From Chthoniobacterales bacterium (GTDB lineage Bacteria > Verrucomicrobiota > Verrucomicrobiia > Chthoniobacterales > Chthoniobacteraceae), in the NCBI GenBank assembly GCA_038228205.1, contig JBBRPL010000027.1:6572-70571 (forward strand): a DNA stretch of 64,000 nt, given 5' to 3'. This document shows positions 42,367-52,600 of this stretch, one piece after another; the stretch's first letter is position 1; each line of letters opens with the position of its first letter. The position numbers and the translations under genes are program-made. The notes under the pieces are model-generated. The model was not told the DNA's origin, did no database searches, and saw only the letters and a program-made list of their open reading frames with translations.

Positions 42367-44922
42367 ATGAAACTCCGCACGCTTCGAAAACTTGCCGCCC
42401 TCGTGCTCGTCACGCTCTTTGCTTCCACCGCGGCGCGGGCCGAACAGTTCTACCGGTTGTGCGAGGGTGTCACGGCCTATGTGGTGAATCCCAGCGGCAA
42501 GGACTTCACCGTCAGCATCGACGTGCGCGATCTCAACCTCTATGCGAATGGCCCGCGCGAGGTGTTGTTCAAGGTGTATGACCCGGATGGCCGGCCCGTC
42601 GTGCGCGAGGTGATTCCCGACGATGGCTGCGTGAGTTCCAATATGCCGGAGCGCATCGGCGGATGGGATCACGAGTTGCAAGCGCTCTTCCATCACTACG
42701 CCAAGGGAATCCCCCCGATGATTCGTTGGAGCGCGTGGTCCGATCCCGCCCGGCTGAAGACGCTCGTCGCGCGAACGTTCGATCGCCCGATCAAGGGTGG
42801 AAAGAAAGGTGTCTATCGCATCGTGCTCGCCGGCACGCCTGACCACTACGTGACGCTGCGGCTCAGCCCCGATCTGGCGTATGGCGTGGGCGGCCATCCC
42901 ACGTGGATGCAGGGTCACGGCGACCTGCTGAAGAAGGCTTACATCTATGTCCCCAAGGGAACCAGCGGCCTGTTCTTTGCCATCGAGGAACCCGACGAAC
43001 CGCGGACCCGGCGCTTCAAGCTCACCGCGCCCGATGGCAAGGTGCTCTTCGATGGGGCGGCCATGGCGGGCTTCGCAAATCCCAAGGATCCCGGGTGGGT
43101 CGAGGCGACGGCTGGTTTTGGAAAAGGAGATTACGATGGCAAGCTCCTGATGTTGGAGGTGTCCGATGGTCCGGGGGATTACCTCATCAAGGTCGACTTC
43201 CAGCAACCCGCCAAAGGCGCCTTCGCCGATTACATCGGGATGGGAAGCGGCGCGATCTTCGCGCCCGACGCGGCCACCGCCACCGCCGTTCAGGGCGGCA
43301 CCATCGTCGTGGACGACAATGTCTTCTGGCACCCATTCCAGGTGCGATTCCATGAATGGCTTAAGAAGAATCCGCTCGACGCTTCCGACGAGCAGAAGGC
43401 CCTGCGCAAGAAATTGGAAGCCGAGTTCAATGGGATGCGGCTGCTGGAAATCAGCGACGGGCGCGGTGCGCCTTCGTGGCCGAACTGGGCCTACGCGATG
43501 GGTTACTACGGCTGCAATATCTTCAAGCCCGGCTGGCTCCTCATGCGCCGCGACGATGTGCCCGCGGAGGTAAAAGACATCATCAAGGAAGGCCTCATCA
43601 TGGCCGGCGACCGGTTGAGTTTCGCGACGGCCATCGAGAAGGTGAATGGCAACGCCTTTTCGCAGATCAACGTGGCCCTCTGGTACAGCCAACGCGCCAC
43701 CGGCGATGCGCTGCAAAAGGAACGCTTCGAGACGTTCTGGCAGCGCTGGACGACCGAAGGCTGGGGCATCGGATCGGGCCTTTCGCCCTCGGGCGATTCG
43801 CAGGAGCACTTTGCCCACGACATGCACTATGGCTCCTACCTCATGAACAACTGGAAGGCGACCGGGAACACATGGGTGAAGGATGGCGGCATCCTCGGCG
43901 ACGCCACCGACGACCCGCGCTTCCAGAAAGTCATCGATCGCTATTACGAGCTCTACAGCTACCTCAACTCCCAGAGCAATGCCCGCGGCGTGCCGGTAAA
44001 TCCGTGGTCGAGCCGCACCGCCCACGGCCCCAGCGCCGGCGCCGCGACGCCGGAGTCCGTCGAACAACATCCGTGGAAAGGCGACCCCGGACCCGACCTG
44101 ACCGTCGATGTGAATGGCGGCCACGAATGGTTCGCCGCGCGCCGCAAGGGTTACTACGTCCTGACATTCCACGGACGTCTCGCCCCGGCATGGCTCAGCG
44201 AGACATTCGAGGGCCAGCTCGGCTTCAGCGGCGGCATCCTCTGCCAGCTCAATATCCCGGGCAAAGGCACCGTCATCGCTTCGACCCTCAATGACGCCTA
44301 CGGAAAGGGCATGAATCCCGCGAATTGGGCCGAGTTCCACATTCACGCGCTCGTCGGGGAGCGGTGGGACGGCCTGCCGGTGGTCTCCGGCATCAGCGAG
44401 CACACCGACGCGCGCCTCGAAGGCAATACCGTGACCAGTTCCGGAGAAATTCGCGGCGCCCACCTCAAGGTCACCCGCTCCTATACTTACAATCCCGACT
44501 CCATCGATTGCGCGGTCCAACTCGCCAAGTCGGATTACTCGCAAGTGACCTATCTATGGGGACACGAGGGACTCTGGTCCGAAATGCGGCTGGCCTACGA
44601 GATGATCCCGTTCGTGCCCAAGGCGGGCGACAACAAGTCGGCCACCATCGTGACGGACGCCGATGGCGCGCCGCTGACGACTGTGGGCTTTGCCACGCAG
44701 CGTGTCCGCATCGACCGCGGCGGCTTCGGCGTCGACATCCAATTCGAGAAACCCACGACCGTCAGCCTTGGGCAAAACAGCACTGTCCTCGTGCACCTGG
44801 TCGAACTCGCACCCAAACCCACCCCCGCCGAACGAATCAATCTCAAATACCGCTTGGTGCCATTCGGCGGCGGCGAGGTTGAGCCCCCGGCCCCGAAGCC
44901 AGCCAAAGTTGGAAAACCATAG
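42367..44922 (+). CDS. Large secreted hypothetical protein
   Basis: Signal peptide MKLRTLRK..ARA; long ORF with genome-typical codon bias; no family recognised. Confidence 0.75.
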   Translation: MKLRTLRKLAALVLVTLFASTAARAEQFYRLCEGVTAYVVNPSGKDFTVSIDVRDLNLYANGPREVLFKVYDPDGRPVVREVIPDDGCVSSNMPERIGGWDHELQALFHHYAKGIPPMIRWSAWSDPARLKTLVARTFDRPIKGGKKGVYRIVLAGTPDHYVTLRLSPDLAYGVGGHPTWMQGHGDLLKKAYIYVPKGTSGLFFAIEEPDEPRTRRFKLTAPDGKVLFDGAAMAGFANPKDPGWVEATAGFGKGDYDGKLLMLEVSDGPGDYLIKVDFQQPAKGAFADYIGMGSGAIFAPDAATATAVQGGTIVVDDNVFWHPFQVRFHEWLKKNPLDASDEQKALRKKLEAEFNGMRLLEISDGRGAPSWPNWAYAMGYYGCNIFKPGWLLMRRDDVPAEVKDIIKEGLIMAGDRLSFATAIEKVNGNAFSQINVALWYSQRATGDALQKERFETFWQRWTTEGWGIGSGLSPSGDSQEHFAHDMHYGSYLMNNWKATGNTWVKDGGILGDATDDPRFQKVIDRYYELYSYLNSQSNARGVPVNPWSSRTAHGPSAGAATPESVEQHPWKGDPGPDLTVDVNGGHEWFAARRKGYYVLTFHGRLAPAWLSETFEGQLGFSGGILCQLNIPGKGTVIASTLNDAYGKGMNPANWAEFHIHALVGERWDGLPVVSGISEHTDARLEGNTVTSSGEIRGAHLKVTRSYTYNPDSIDCAVQLAKSDYSQVTYLWGHEGLWSEMRLAYEMIPFVPKAGDNKSATIVTDADGAPLTTVGFATQRVRIDRGGFGVDIQFEKPTTVSLGQNSTVLVHLVELAPKPTPAERINLKYRLVPFGGGEVEPPAPKPAKVGKP

Positions 44923-44933
44923 AGGGAAGTTTT

Positions 44934-47900
44934 ATGAACCAAACCGTGCGTCCCCCCAGTTCGACCTGCCACCCGGACAGGCCCGATTCGCCCCACTCAT
45001 GGTCTCAGTGGTGCACATGGTTGATCCTTCTCGGCGTCGCCGCACCCGCCCTGGCTATCGACTGGCCAGCGTACAAACACGATGCACAGCGCAGCAGTGT
45101 GTCTGGGGAATCGTTGACCTTCCCACTGCGTCTGGCCTGGCAATATGAGGCTCCCCAGCCGCCGAGCCCGGCCTGGCCGGACGTGTTCCGACTCGAGAAT
45201 CGCACGGATTTTGACTACGCGGCGCAACCGGTGGTCGCGCAGGGCATCGTCTGCTTTGGGTCTTCGTCGGACGACACGGTCCGCGCGCTCGATGCTAAAA
45301 CCGGCAAGGAGAAGTGGCACTTCATGACCGGCGGGCCGGTGCGCTTTGCCCCGCAGTTGGACGCGGGTAAAGCCTTCTTTGCTTCGGATGACGGGTTCGT
45401 CTATTGCGTCGAAGCGGGCACGGGAAAATTGGTTTGGAAATTTCAGGCGGCGCCACGCGACGAACGAATGGTTGGCAATCATCGCCTGATCTCGCGCTGG
45501 CCCGTGCGGACGGGTGTCCTGGTGGCCGATGGCGTGGTGTATTGCGTGGCAGGGATGTGGAATATGGAGGGTGTATTTGTCCATGCGCTCCAGGCCGGCA
45601 CCGGCAAGGCCCTCTGGTGCAATGACACGTTGGGGCTCTCGAGCGTGACGATCGTTGATTTTCCGGAGAGCGCCGACCCGAGCAAGGAGACGGTGGGCGG
45701 GCACAATGGCGAGTTCGCGGCCAACGGCGCCACCGGCGCGAATCCCCAGGGAAATCTGCTTCTCTGGGAAAATACGCTCATCATTCCCAATGGAAACTCG
45801 GGTCCCACCGTGCTGGATCGTCGCACGGGCAACCTCGCGCCGAAAGGCGGAGGCGGCGGGGCGCCGGTGACCATCGATCGGGACAATGTCTATTCATTCG
45901 CGCGGCATCACGAGGACATCCTTTCGATGAACCCTGTTTCGCTCTCCACCGGATCGGCCTCGCGCGGCTGGGGAAAGGGCGCCATCCCGCAAGTGAGGAT
46001 CACTCCGCCGAAGCTTGGGCAAATCCACGACCACTCCAAGGTCAGCGCCGTAGTTCACGATGGAAAACTCTACGCGCGCCAGGCCTACGGGCTGGCGCTC
46101 ATCGGAGAGACATTGGTCGTGGGCGAAAACGGTGCGGTGGCGGCCCAGGACCCGGACACGGAGCGCGTGCTGTGGCGGGCCGGCATCACGGGCGAAGCGC
46201 GTGGGATCGCGGTGGCCGACGGGCGGTTATATGTCGGCACGAGCAGCGGCGCGGTCTATTGCTTCGAGACCCCAGCCAAAGGAGCGGAGACGGTCGCGGC
46301 GGTGAAGGCTTCTGCCGCGGGGCCTCGGGCGGCGGCCCCGCCGGCCAATGCCCGGATGATTGAACAGCTTCGCCTCACGGGCATGGATCGAGGGTTCGCG
46401 CTGGTGCTGGGCGATGCCGATGGAAAATTCTCGGCGTCTCTCGCCGCCAGCACCGAGCTCAGCATCGTCATCGCGATGACGGATGAAACCGCGGCCAGCG
46501 CACTGCGCGAGAGGCTGCTGGCGCAGACGACGTACTACGGCGAGCGCGTCCAGGTGCAGACCGTCAAACGACTGGATCAGCTTCCGTTTGCGCAGTTCTT
46601 CGCCAATGCGGTGATTGTCGCCGGTTCCACTCCGGGCATTTCCGCGAAGGAACTCTATCGCGTCCTGCATCCCTGCGGAGGCGTCCTGCTCACCCCGGGA
46701 TTGAAACCCGCGGAGGCGGATGCGCTCGTGAAAAACTCCGGCGCCACCGACGCGGAGATCCGCCAATCGCCGACCGACCGCTTCATCGTTCGCGGCAAGC
46801 TGCCGGGCGCGCTCGATTGGGACACAGTCGCGCGGACAGGCGTGCGCGTCGACCAGCGCATCAAGTGGCCGTTGCGGCCCCTGTGGTTTGGGGGCCCCGG
46901 GACCTTGCAGGTGCAGGGTGTCCATGGCGGCGGAGCTCCGGTGGTGGCCAATGGCCGCTACATTGTGAAGGGGGAACAATCGCTCACGGCCGTGGATGCC
47001 TACAACGGCGCCATCCTCTGGTCACGACCGCTCCCGCTTTCGGCTCCGGACTATTGTACGGTGGATGGCGTCATTTATCCGGTGGCCGATTCGACGAAGT
47101 TTGGCGGAGAAGGGCTGACGAGGACGACCTTCCGCGCGCAATACCAGGCGAACGATGATTTTGTCTATGTCCAGTTGGGCACCGGGTATTTCCAGCCGCG
47201 AGGTGACGACCTCTCCAACGCCCTGGGACAGGCGCCTCAGTCGACCAGTAGCGGCGAGGGCAACATCCAGTTGGACGCACGCACGGGCGAGCAACTGAAA
47301 CTTTCCGCACCATTCACCACGCATGATCCCATCTCCCTGAAGGCCGCCCAGAAGTGGTCTATCGAGGTGAATCCCCGGCGTTCGGGGACCGTCGGGCTGC
47401 AATCGACCGAGCGTGGTCTGCTGTTGACCCTCGATACCAAGGACACGCTTGTCACCAAGTTGGACGCCTGGCACTTGTTCTTCGATTTTCGTCCGCCGGA
47501 GAAGCGTTACGGCTTGTACGATCGCGGCACTTTCGAAGTCCGGATCGCCATGGCGCAGGACAGGGACGTTCCGGCGACATGGACTCCCGGCAGCGGCACG
47601 GCGCATCCGGCCATCGAGGTCAACGGGACACGCGATCCCGCGGGGACCACGACGACCGTTCTCGTTCCTTGGGCGGAAATCCAGAAATTGGTGGGTGCCA
47701 GGCCATCGAGCTTTGGTTTTGCCGCCACGCTGGATTCGCACGATGGCGGTCGCGAGGAACCCATTACCCGCCGGCATCTGTTCTGCGATTGGACGGCGAG
47801 CGGCCTGAACAACGGCTGGGCGTGCCTGGTGCTGGATGCAGCCGCCACGGCCGACGCCGGCAAGCGCCCCTCGATTCTCGTGGAAGCCTTCAAGGGAACC

Positions 47901-49646
47901 GCCGCGCTGAGCGGGAACGGAGACGTCGTGGGACCCGAGCGGGAAGCACCGCGGATTCACCCGCTGACCGGCGATCTGGAGCCGAAGATGTTCCGCGTGG
48001 GCGGCTGCGGCGGGCTTTCCTCGTCTGGAGTCCTGCGTTCCGGCTCCCAATCCATTTACGATTTCGACGATGACAGCGGCATGCGGCCATTGGGCGGGGT
48101 GAAGGCCCGTTGCAGCACTCCGCAAATCGCGGCCTTGGGGCTCCTGATTTATTCCGAGGAGTCCGGCCATTGCGAATGCCCCTTCCCGGTGCGCACCACG
48201 CTCGTGATGGCGCCCGCCGAGCGGCGGCTCAACGAGGACTGGGCATTCTTTTTCGCCCGCCCCGCGGATACCTATCTCCGGCAAGCCGCCATCAATTTCG
48301 GAGCGCCCGGCGACCGGAGCGATGAAGGAGGGACCCTGTGGCTCGGATACCCGCGCCTGCCCGGCGACAAGTCGATGGCGTTTCCGCTCCCGGCGGGGAA
48401 GCAGCGTTCGGTTGGAGCCAATGGGGTGTGGCTGCGCATCATGTCGGCGGAACTGCAACTGCCCGTGGAGGTGGAATCCTTCGAGAGCGCGGCCGCCTAC
48501 ACGCCTGGGGAAGACCTCAAGGCCGTGACGAACTGGCAGTCGAGCTGGTCTCCCGGTCGCAACGGCAAGGACATGGGACCTTATCGGGTGAATGCCGACC
48601 GTGTCGAAATCCATGGCACGGATCGCCCGTGGATCTACGCGTCAGGTTACAAAGGCATCCGCAAGGCCACCGTGAAGCTGAATTTCCTGCAACCGGTCGT
48701 CGCCGCGAAAATTGAGAAGGCGCCGGCGCTAAATGGGAAACTCGACGGACCGGAATGGCAGAATGCGACGAAAGGCAAGCTGCCGTTCACCAAGACGGAG
48801 ACGTTCGTTTGCCATGATGACGCCAACCTCTACATCGCCGCCCGCCGGCCCTCCGTGCAAGGCCGCCTCGGCAAGACGGTTCCTTGGGCCAAGGCGACTT
48901 CGGGAGAGGACGCGAACGTCTGGGATGACGATTCATTCGAGGTCTTCCTGAGCGACGACCATTCCGGTGCGGTCGTCCACCTCGGGGTCTCCGCCTCGGG
49001 CGCACGCTACGACGCGCTGGCGGACGGCGCCACCGACAAACCCGAGGACCGGAAATGGAACGCAGACTGGAAGAGTCACGTGGCGGCGGATGACGCCGGG
49101 CTGGTCATCCAGTTCGCCATTCCGTGGAAGACCATCGAAGCTGCGGGTCTCAAGAAGGATCGACTGAGCGTCAATCTTCAGATGAATCAGAAAGACACCA
49201 GCGGCGAATCGCCAAGGAGTCCCGGCAAGCCGTGGAATCCCAAAGACACGGGAACCAGCGGCGAAGCGCTCTCCTACCTCGGAATCACGGGCCGCAGTCA
49301 TTGCGTCAATTTTGCGCCCCTCGGACTGGACTCCCCCCCGAAGATCGAGCCGCGGCATTTCACCGTGCGCCTCCATTTCGCGGAACCCGACGACATCAAA
49401 CCCGGCCAGCGCGTCTTCGACGTGAAGCTCCAGGACAAAACCGTTCTGAAGGGGTTCGATGTCGTCAAAGAAGCCGGCGGCGTGCGCACCGCACTGGTGA
49501 AGGAGTTTAAGAATGTCGCGGCAACCGAGACGATGGTCCTTGAGTTCGTCGCACCCGGCAAGGAGCCGACATCGTCCTCCGCGTCGATCCTCAGCGCGGT
49601 GGAGGTCTTTGACGAAAACTTCAAGCCCGCGCCGAAGCCTCTATAA
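44934..49646 (+). CDS. Secreted PQQ-like beta-propeller / SAM-methyltransferase-fold / propeller / CBM9-like / malectin multidomain protein
   Basis: DWPAYKHDAQRS, ALDAKTGKEKW repeats, RVLHPCGG, DDSFEVFL..FAIPW, TVRLHFAE..RVFDV. Confidence 0.8.
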   Translation: MNQTVRPPSSTCHPDRPDSPHSWSQWCTWLILLGVAAPALAIDWPAYKHDAQRSSVSGESLTFPLRLAWQYEAPQPPSPAWPDVFRLENRTDFDYAAQPVVAQGIVCFGSSSDDTVRALDAKTGKEKWHFMTGGPVRFAPQLDAGKAFFASDDGFVYCVEAGTGKLVWKFQAAPRDERMVGNHRLISRWPVRTGVLVADGVVYCVAGMWNMEGVFVHALQAGTGKALWCNDTLGLSSVTIVDFPESADPSKETVGGHNGEFAANGATGANPQGNLLLWENTLIIPNGNSGPTVLDRRTGNLAPKGGGGGAPVTIDRDNVYSFARHHEDILSMNPVSLSTGSASRGWGKGAIPQVRITPPKLGQIHDHSKVSAVVHDGKLYARQAYGLALIGETLVVGENGAVAAQDPDTERVLWRAGITGEARGIAVADGRLYVGTSSGAVYCFETPAKGAETVAAVKASAAGPRAAAPPANARMIEQLRLTGMDRGFALVLGDADGKFSASLAASTELSIVIAMTDETAASALRERLLAQTTYYGERVQVQTVKRLDQLPFAQFFANAVIVAGSTPGISAKELYRVLHPCGGVLLTPGLKPAEADALVKNSGATDAEIRQSPTDRFIVRGKLPGALDWDTVARTGVRVDQRIKWPLRPLWFGGPGTLQVQGVHGGGAPVVANGRYIVKGEQSLTAVDAYNGAILWSRPLPLSAPDYCTVDGVIYPVADSTKFGGEGLTRTTFRAQYQANDDFVYVQLGTGYFQPRGDDLSNALGQAPQSTSSGEGNIQLDARTGEQLKLSAPFTTHDPISLKAAQKWSIEVNPRRSGTVGLQSTERGLLLTLDTKDTLVTKLDAWHLFFDFRPPEKRYGLYDRGTFEVRIAMAQDRDVPATWTPGSGTAHPAIEVNGTRDPAGTTTTVLVPWAEIQKLVGARPSSFGFAATLDSHDGGREEPITRRHLFCDWTASGLNNGWACLVLDAAATADAGKRPSILVEAFKGTAALSGNGDVVGPEREAPRIHPLTGDLEPKMFRVGGCGGLSSSGVLRSGSQSIYDFDDDSGMRPLGGVKARCSTPQIAALGLLIYSEESGHCECPFPVRTTLVMAPAERRLNEDWAFFFARPADTYLRQAAINFGAPGDRSDEGGTLWLGYPRLPGDKSMAFPLPAGKQRSVGANGVWLRIMSAELQLPVEVESFESAAAYTPGEDLKAVTNWQSSWSPGRNGKDMGPYRVNADRVEIHGTDRPWIYASGYKGIRKATVKLNFLQPVVAAKIEKAPALNGKLDGPEWQNATKGKLPFTKTETFVCHDDANLYIAARRPSVQGRLGKTVPWAKATSGEDANVWDDDSFEVFLSDDHSGAVVHLGVSASGARYDALADGATDKPEDRKWNADWKSHVAADDAGLVIQFAIPWKTIEAAGLKKDRLSVNLQMNQKDTSGESPRSPGKPWNPKDTGTSGEALSYLGITGRSHCVNFAPLGLDSPPKIEPRHFTVRLHFAEPDDIKPGQRVFDVKLQDKTVLKGFDVVKEAGGVRTALVKEFKNVAATETMVLEFVAPGKEPTSSSASILSAVEVFDENFKPAPKPL

Positions 49647-52600
49647 CGCCGGGCTGAAGGTGATCGTGCACTGGATCGAGTAACTGCAGGTGCACCCCGA
49701 ACTCGCCTCGGGTTGCACGACCACGCCGCCGACGGGGAGGATGTTGATGAAGCATCCGGGCCGAATTCCCAGGAACTGCGCGCCGGCCCCGTCATCGACC
49801 CCGCGCCAGGCGGTGGACCCTTTCCGGTAGAACACCATCGAGTCGGATGCGGAAGGCGTGCCGCAAGCGCCCCCATTGAGAATCGTCCACGGCACGTTCT
49901 TGCTGGTCCTGGCGTCGTATTTTTCAAGCGGTTCGCCGGTATGCAGATCACGGAGGACATTCCCCGCGAGCAGCGAGCCGCGGAGGATGATAGGACGGTT
50001 GAGATTGCCGACGACTTTCGACCAGACGGGGCTTCCATCCGCCGTCGACAACGTGACCGCTTTGCGCCGCAGCAAGTCCTCGCGATCGGCTCCGCCGTGC
50101 TGGTTGAACTCGGCGGCGAACATCAGAATATCATCCTTGCAGAGCGCTTGAAGCTCGCGAAAACCCGCCGCTTCGCGAGTGCTGGCGGAAGCGCCCCAGA
50201 CTCCGCAATCCGTCAGATCCACGTCCTTTTCCCACGCGACCTTTCCGGTCGCTGCTTCGAGCGCGAGAACCCTGCGAATGAGCGGCTCGGGGGCGACCTT
50301 CTTGACGACTTTTCCCAGCCGATCGACGGTGGTCCCGGCATCGTTGTCGCCGGACCCTTTGGCTGCGGGGGTATGCCAGAACATCCCCCCATCCGGACTG
50401 CGCGCCGGCAACAAGGTTGCCGGTCCGCGGTTCTCCGCGAAGAAGAGCCGCGTTCCATTGGCCACAATGGTGCTGTCGCGGATTTCCTTGCCTCGATGAA
50501 TCCAGAGCTGCTGCCCCGACGAAACATCGAAGGCGAAGACCGCGTCGCTGAACCGCAAGCCGATATTGGAGGCTCCCAAGACCGTGCCGTTGCGAAGTTC
50601 CTGCGCATTGGGCGCGGCGTCAGTCGAGGTCGTGCTGCCAAAGAGGATGCCGTTACTGACGGCGATGTGTCCCCAAGTCCGGTCGGTCCCGTCGGCTCCG
50701 TGCGGAGCCTCGTAGATCGCTTTCGTCGCGCCGGTGGCCGCGTCGAGACGCTCACACTTCGAGCCAGCCGCGACGTAAAGATTGTCGTCGTCACACGCCA
50801 GATTGCCCGAGACGGCGGACATGCGGACCCGGAGAGCGCCCGGGATCTCACGCTCCCAGTAGCGTAAACCGTTGTAGGCATCGAAGCAGATAATGGTGTT
50901 CTTCCGTTCGGTGAATCCCCAGCCCTGAAAAAACACCCGGCCATTGCTCGCCAACGGCGACATGGCGCGCTGATGCCGCTCGACCGCTTCGCCCGCGCCG
51001 GGTTCGCCGAACCACAGCACCGACAGGTTCCCCTTGATCCGCTGATCTCCCGACGAGCCAGTGCCGCCAGCGTCCGCGAAGGCGTGCGTCCACCAACCGG
51101 AGCCTTCGAGCTTGCCGCGAACGAATTTCGTCCACGGCGGCGACTGCGGGCTCACACCAGCAGCGCGGGAGAAGACGCCCTCGGACTTCCAGGCATCGGG
51201 CATTTGCGAAAGTTCCACTGAGCGACTCAGGAGCACGCCACCGCAAGGCTTGATTACCCGGAGCATCTCCGGAGCGGGTGCCGCCATCGTTCCGGCGGGG
51301 TCCAGTTGAACGACCAGATTCGCCGCATAGTCGGGATATGGAATTTTGTCCGCGGTTCCCAACTGGACCGTCACCCGGCTGCCGTAGAGACCAGTCGCAT
51401 GGACCCGGTTTCGCGAGACGAGGAGTTGCTGGGGATCGCGTTCCACGCACGTAATGCGGAGCTCCGTTTGCCTGGCGATTTCGCACGCGAGCGCCACCGC
51501 GTCCGGCCCGCTGACGAGTGCGTATCCCCGGCGCACGCCGGACTCCCGAATGATCGCCTCAGCGGTCTGTCGAATAGCAGCCGAAGTATCCGCGGCAACC
51601 TGCGCGACAACCGGCGCCGCAGTCCCGGGACCGAAGGCAAAAGCATGGATGACGCCGTGGGTCGTACTGACCAGCAGCCGTCCGTTCGCGACGGTCAATC
51701 CCACCGCATCGCCATCGACTTTCGCCTTCCAAAGTTCCTTGCCGTCGCTCGCGCTCAGAATTGCCACCTCGCCGCGGCATCCGGCGATCAATTGGTCGCC
51801 GGCGAGGATAATGGCGACGACACCGGCGCGTGGAGAGCGCCAGCGAACGCTGGGGGCGATTCCTGCCGGAGCCCGAACTGGCATTTTGTCGAGCTTAGCG
51901 CGGTCGAGGGCCGTGATTCCCTCGAATTCGGCGACGCCGGCTTTGGTGAGTGCCGACGGCAGCGGCGGGAGATTGAAGACGTAGTAGGATTCGGGCGAGG
52001 CAACCAGCCGATGGACCTGCGTCCAGCGTGAGCGGAGATCTCCCGTGGTCACGTCGATCCCGTAAGCCGTGTTCTGCGATCCGACGTGCACCACGTCACC
52101 CACCACGACCCCGTAGTCCCCGGTCGCACTTGCTCCGCTCGTATGGAGGTCGGAGCCGACCTGTTTGTCGATTTTGAAGATCGGCTTCCCAGTCTCACCG
52201 TCGACAAACAGCGGCATGCTCCGGCCACACGGCACGACCAACCCGCGGCTATGGCGCAAGAGATAGCCCTGCGGCGAAAGCCCGATCCAATCCTTGTCCA
52301 CATGGTCCTTCCACGGGATGGACTGGCCCGTTTTTGCGTTGAGCGCATTGAGCGTCGGCGAGTGATAGGGAAAAATTCCCGCGCCAAAAAACAGCCGATC
52401 GCCATCCACCAGCACACCCGTACGGACCGGCCAGAGCGAAATGATTTGCCCATTGCCGATCACGCGCCGCGGCTCGGGAGCCGCGTTGAAGTCCCAGAGC
52501 GCGTGCCCGTCTTCCGCGGAGAGACAATACACCTTTCCGTCGTCCGACCCAGCATACACGCGTCCATCCGCCACCGTTGGCGCCAAACGGACCGGTCCAT

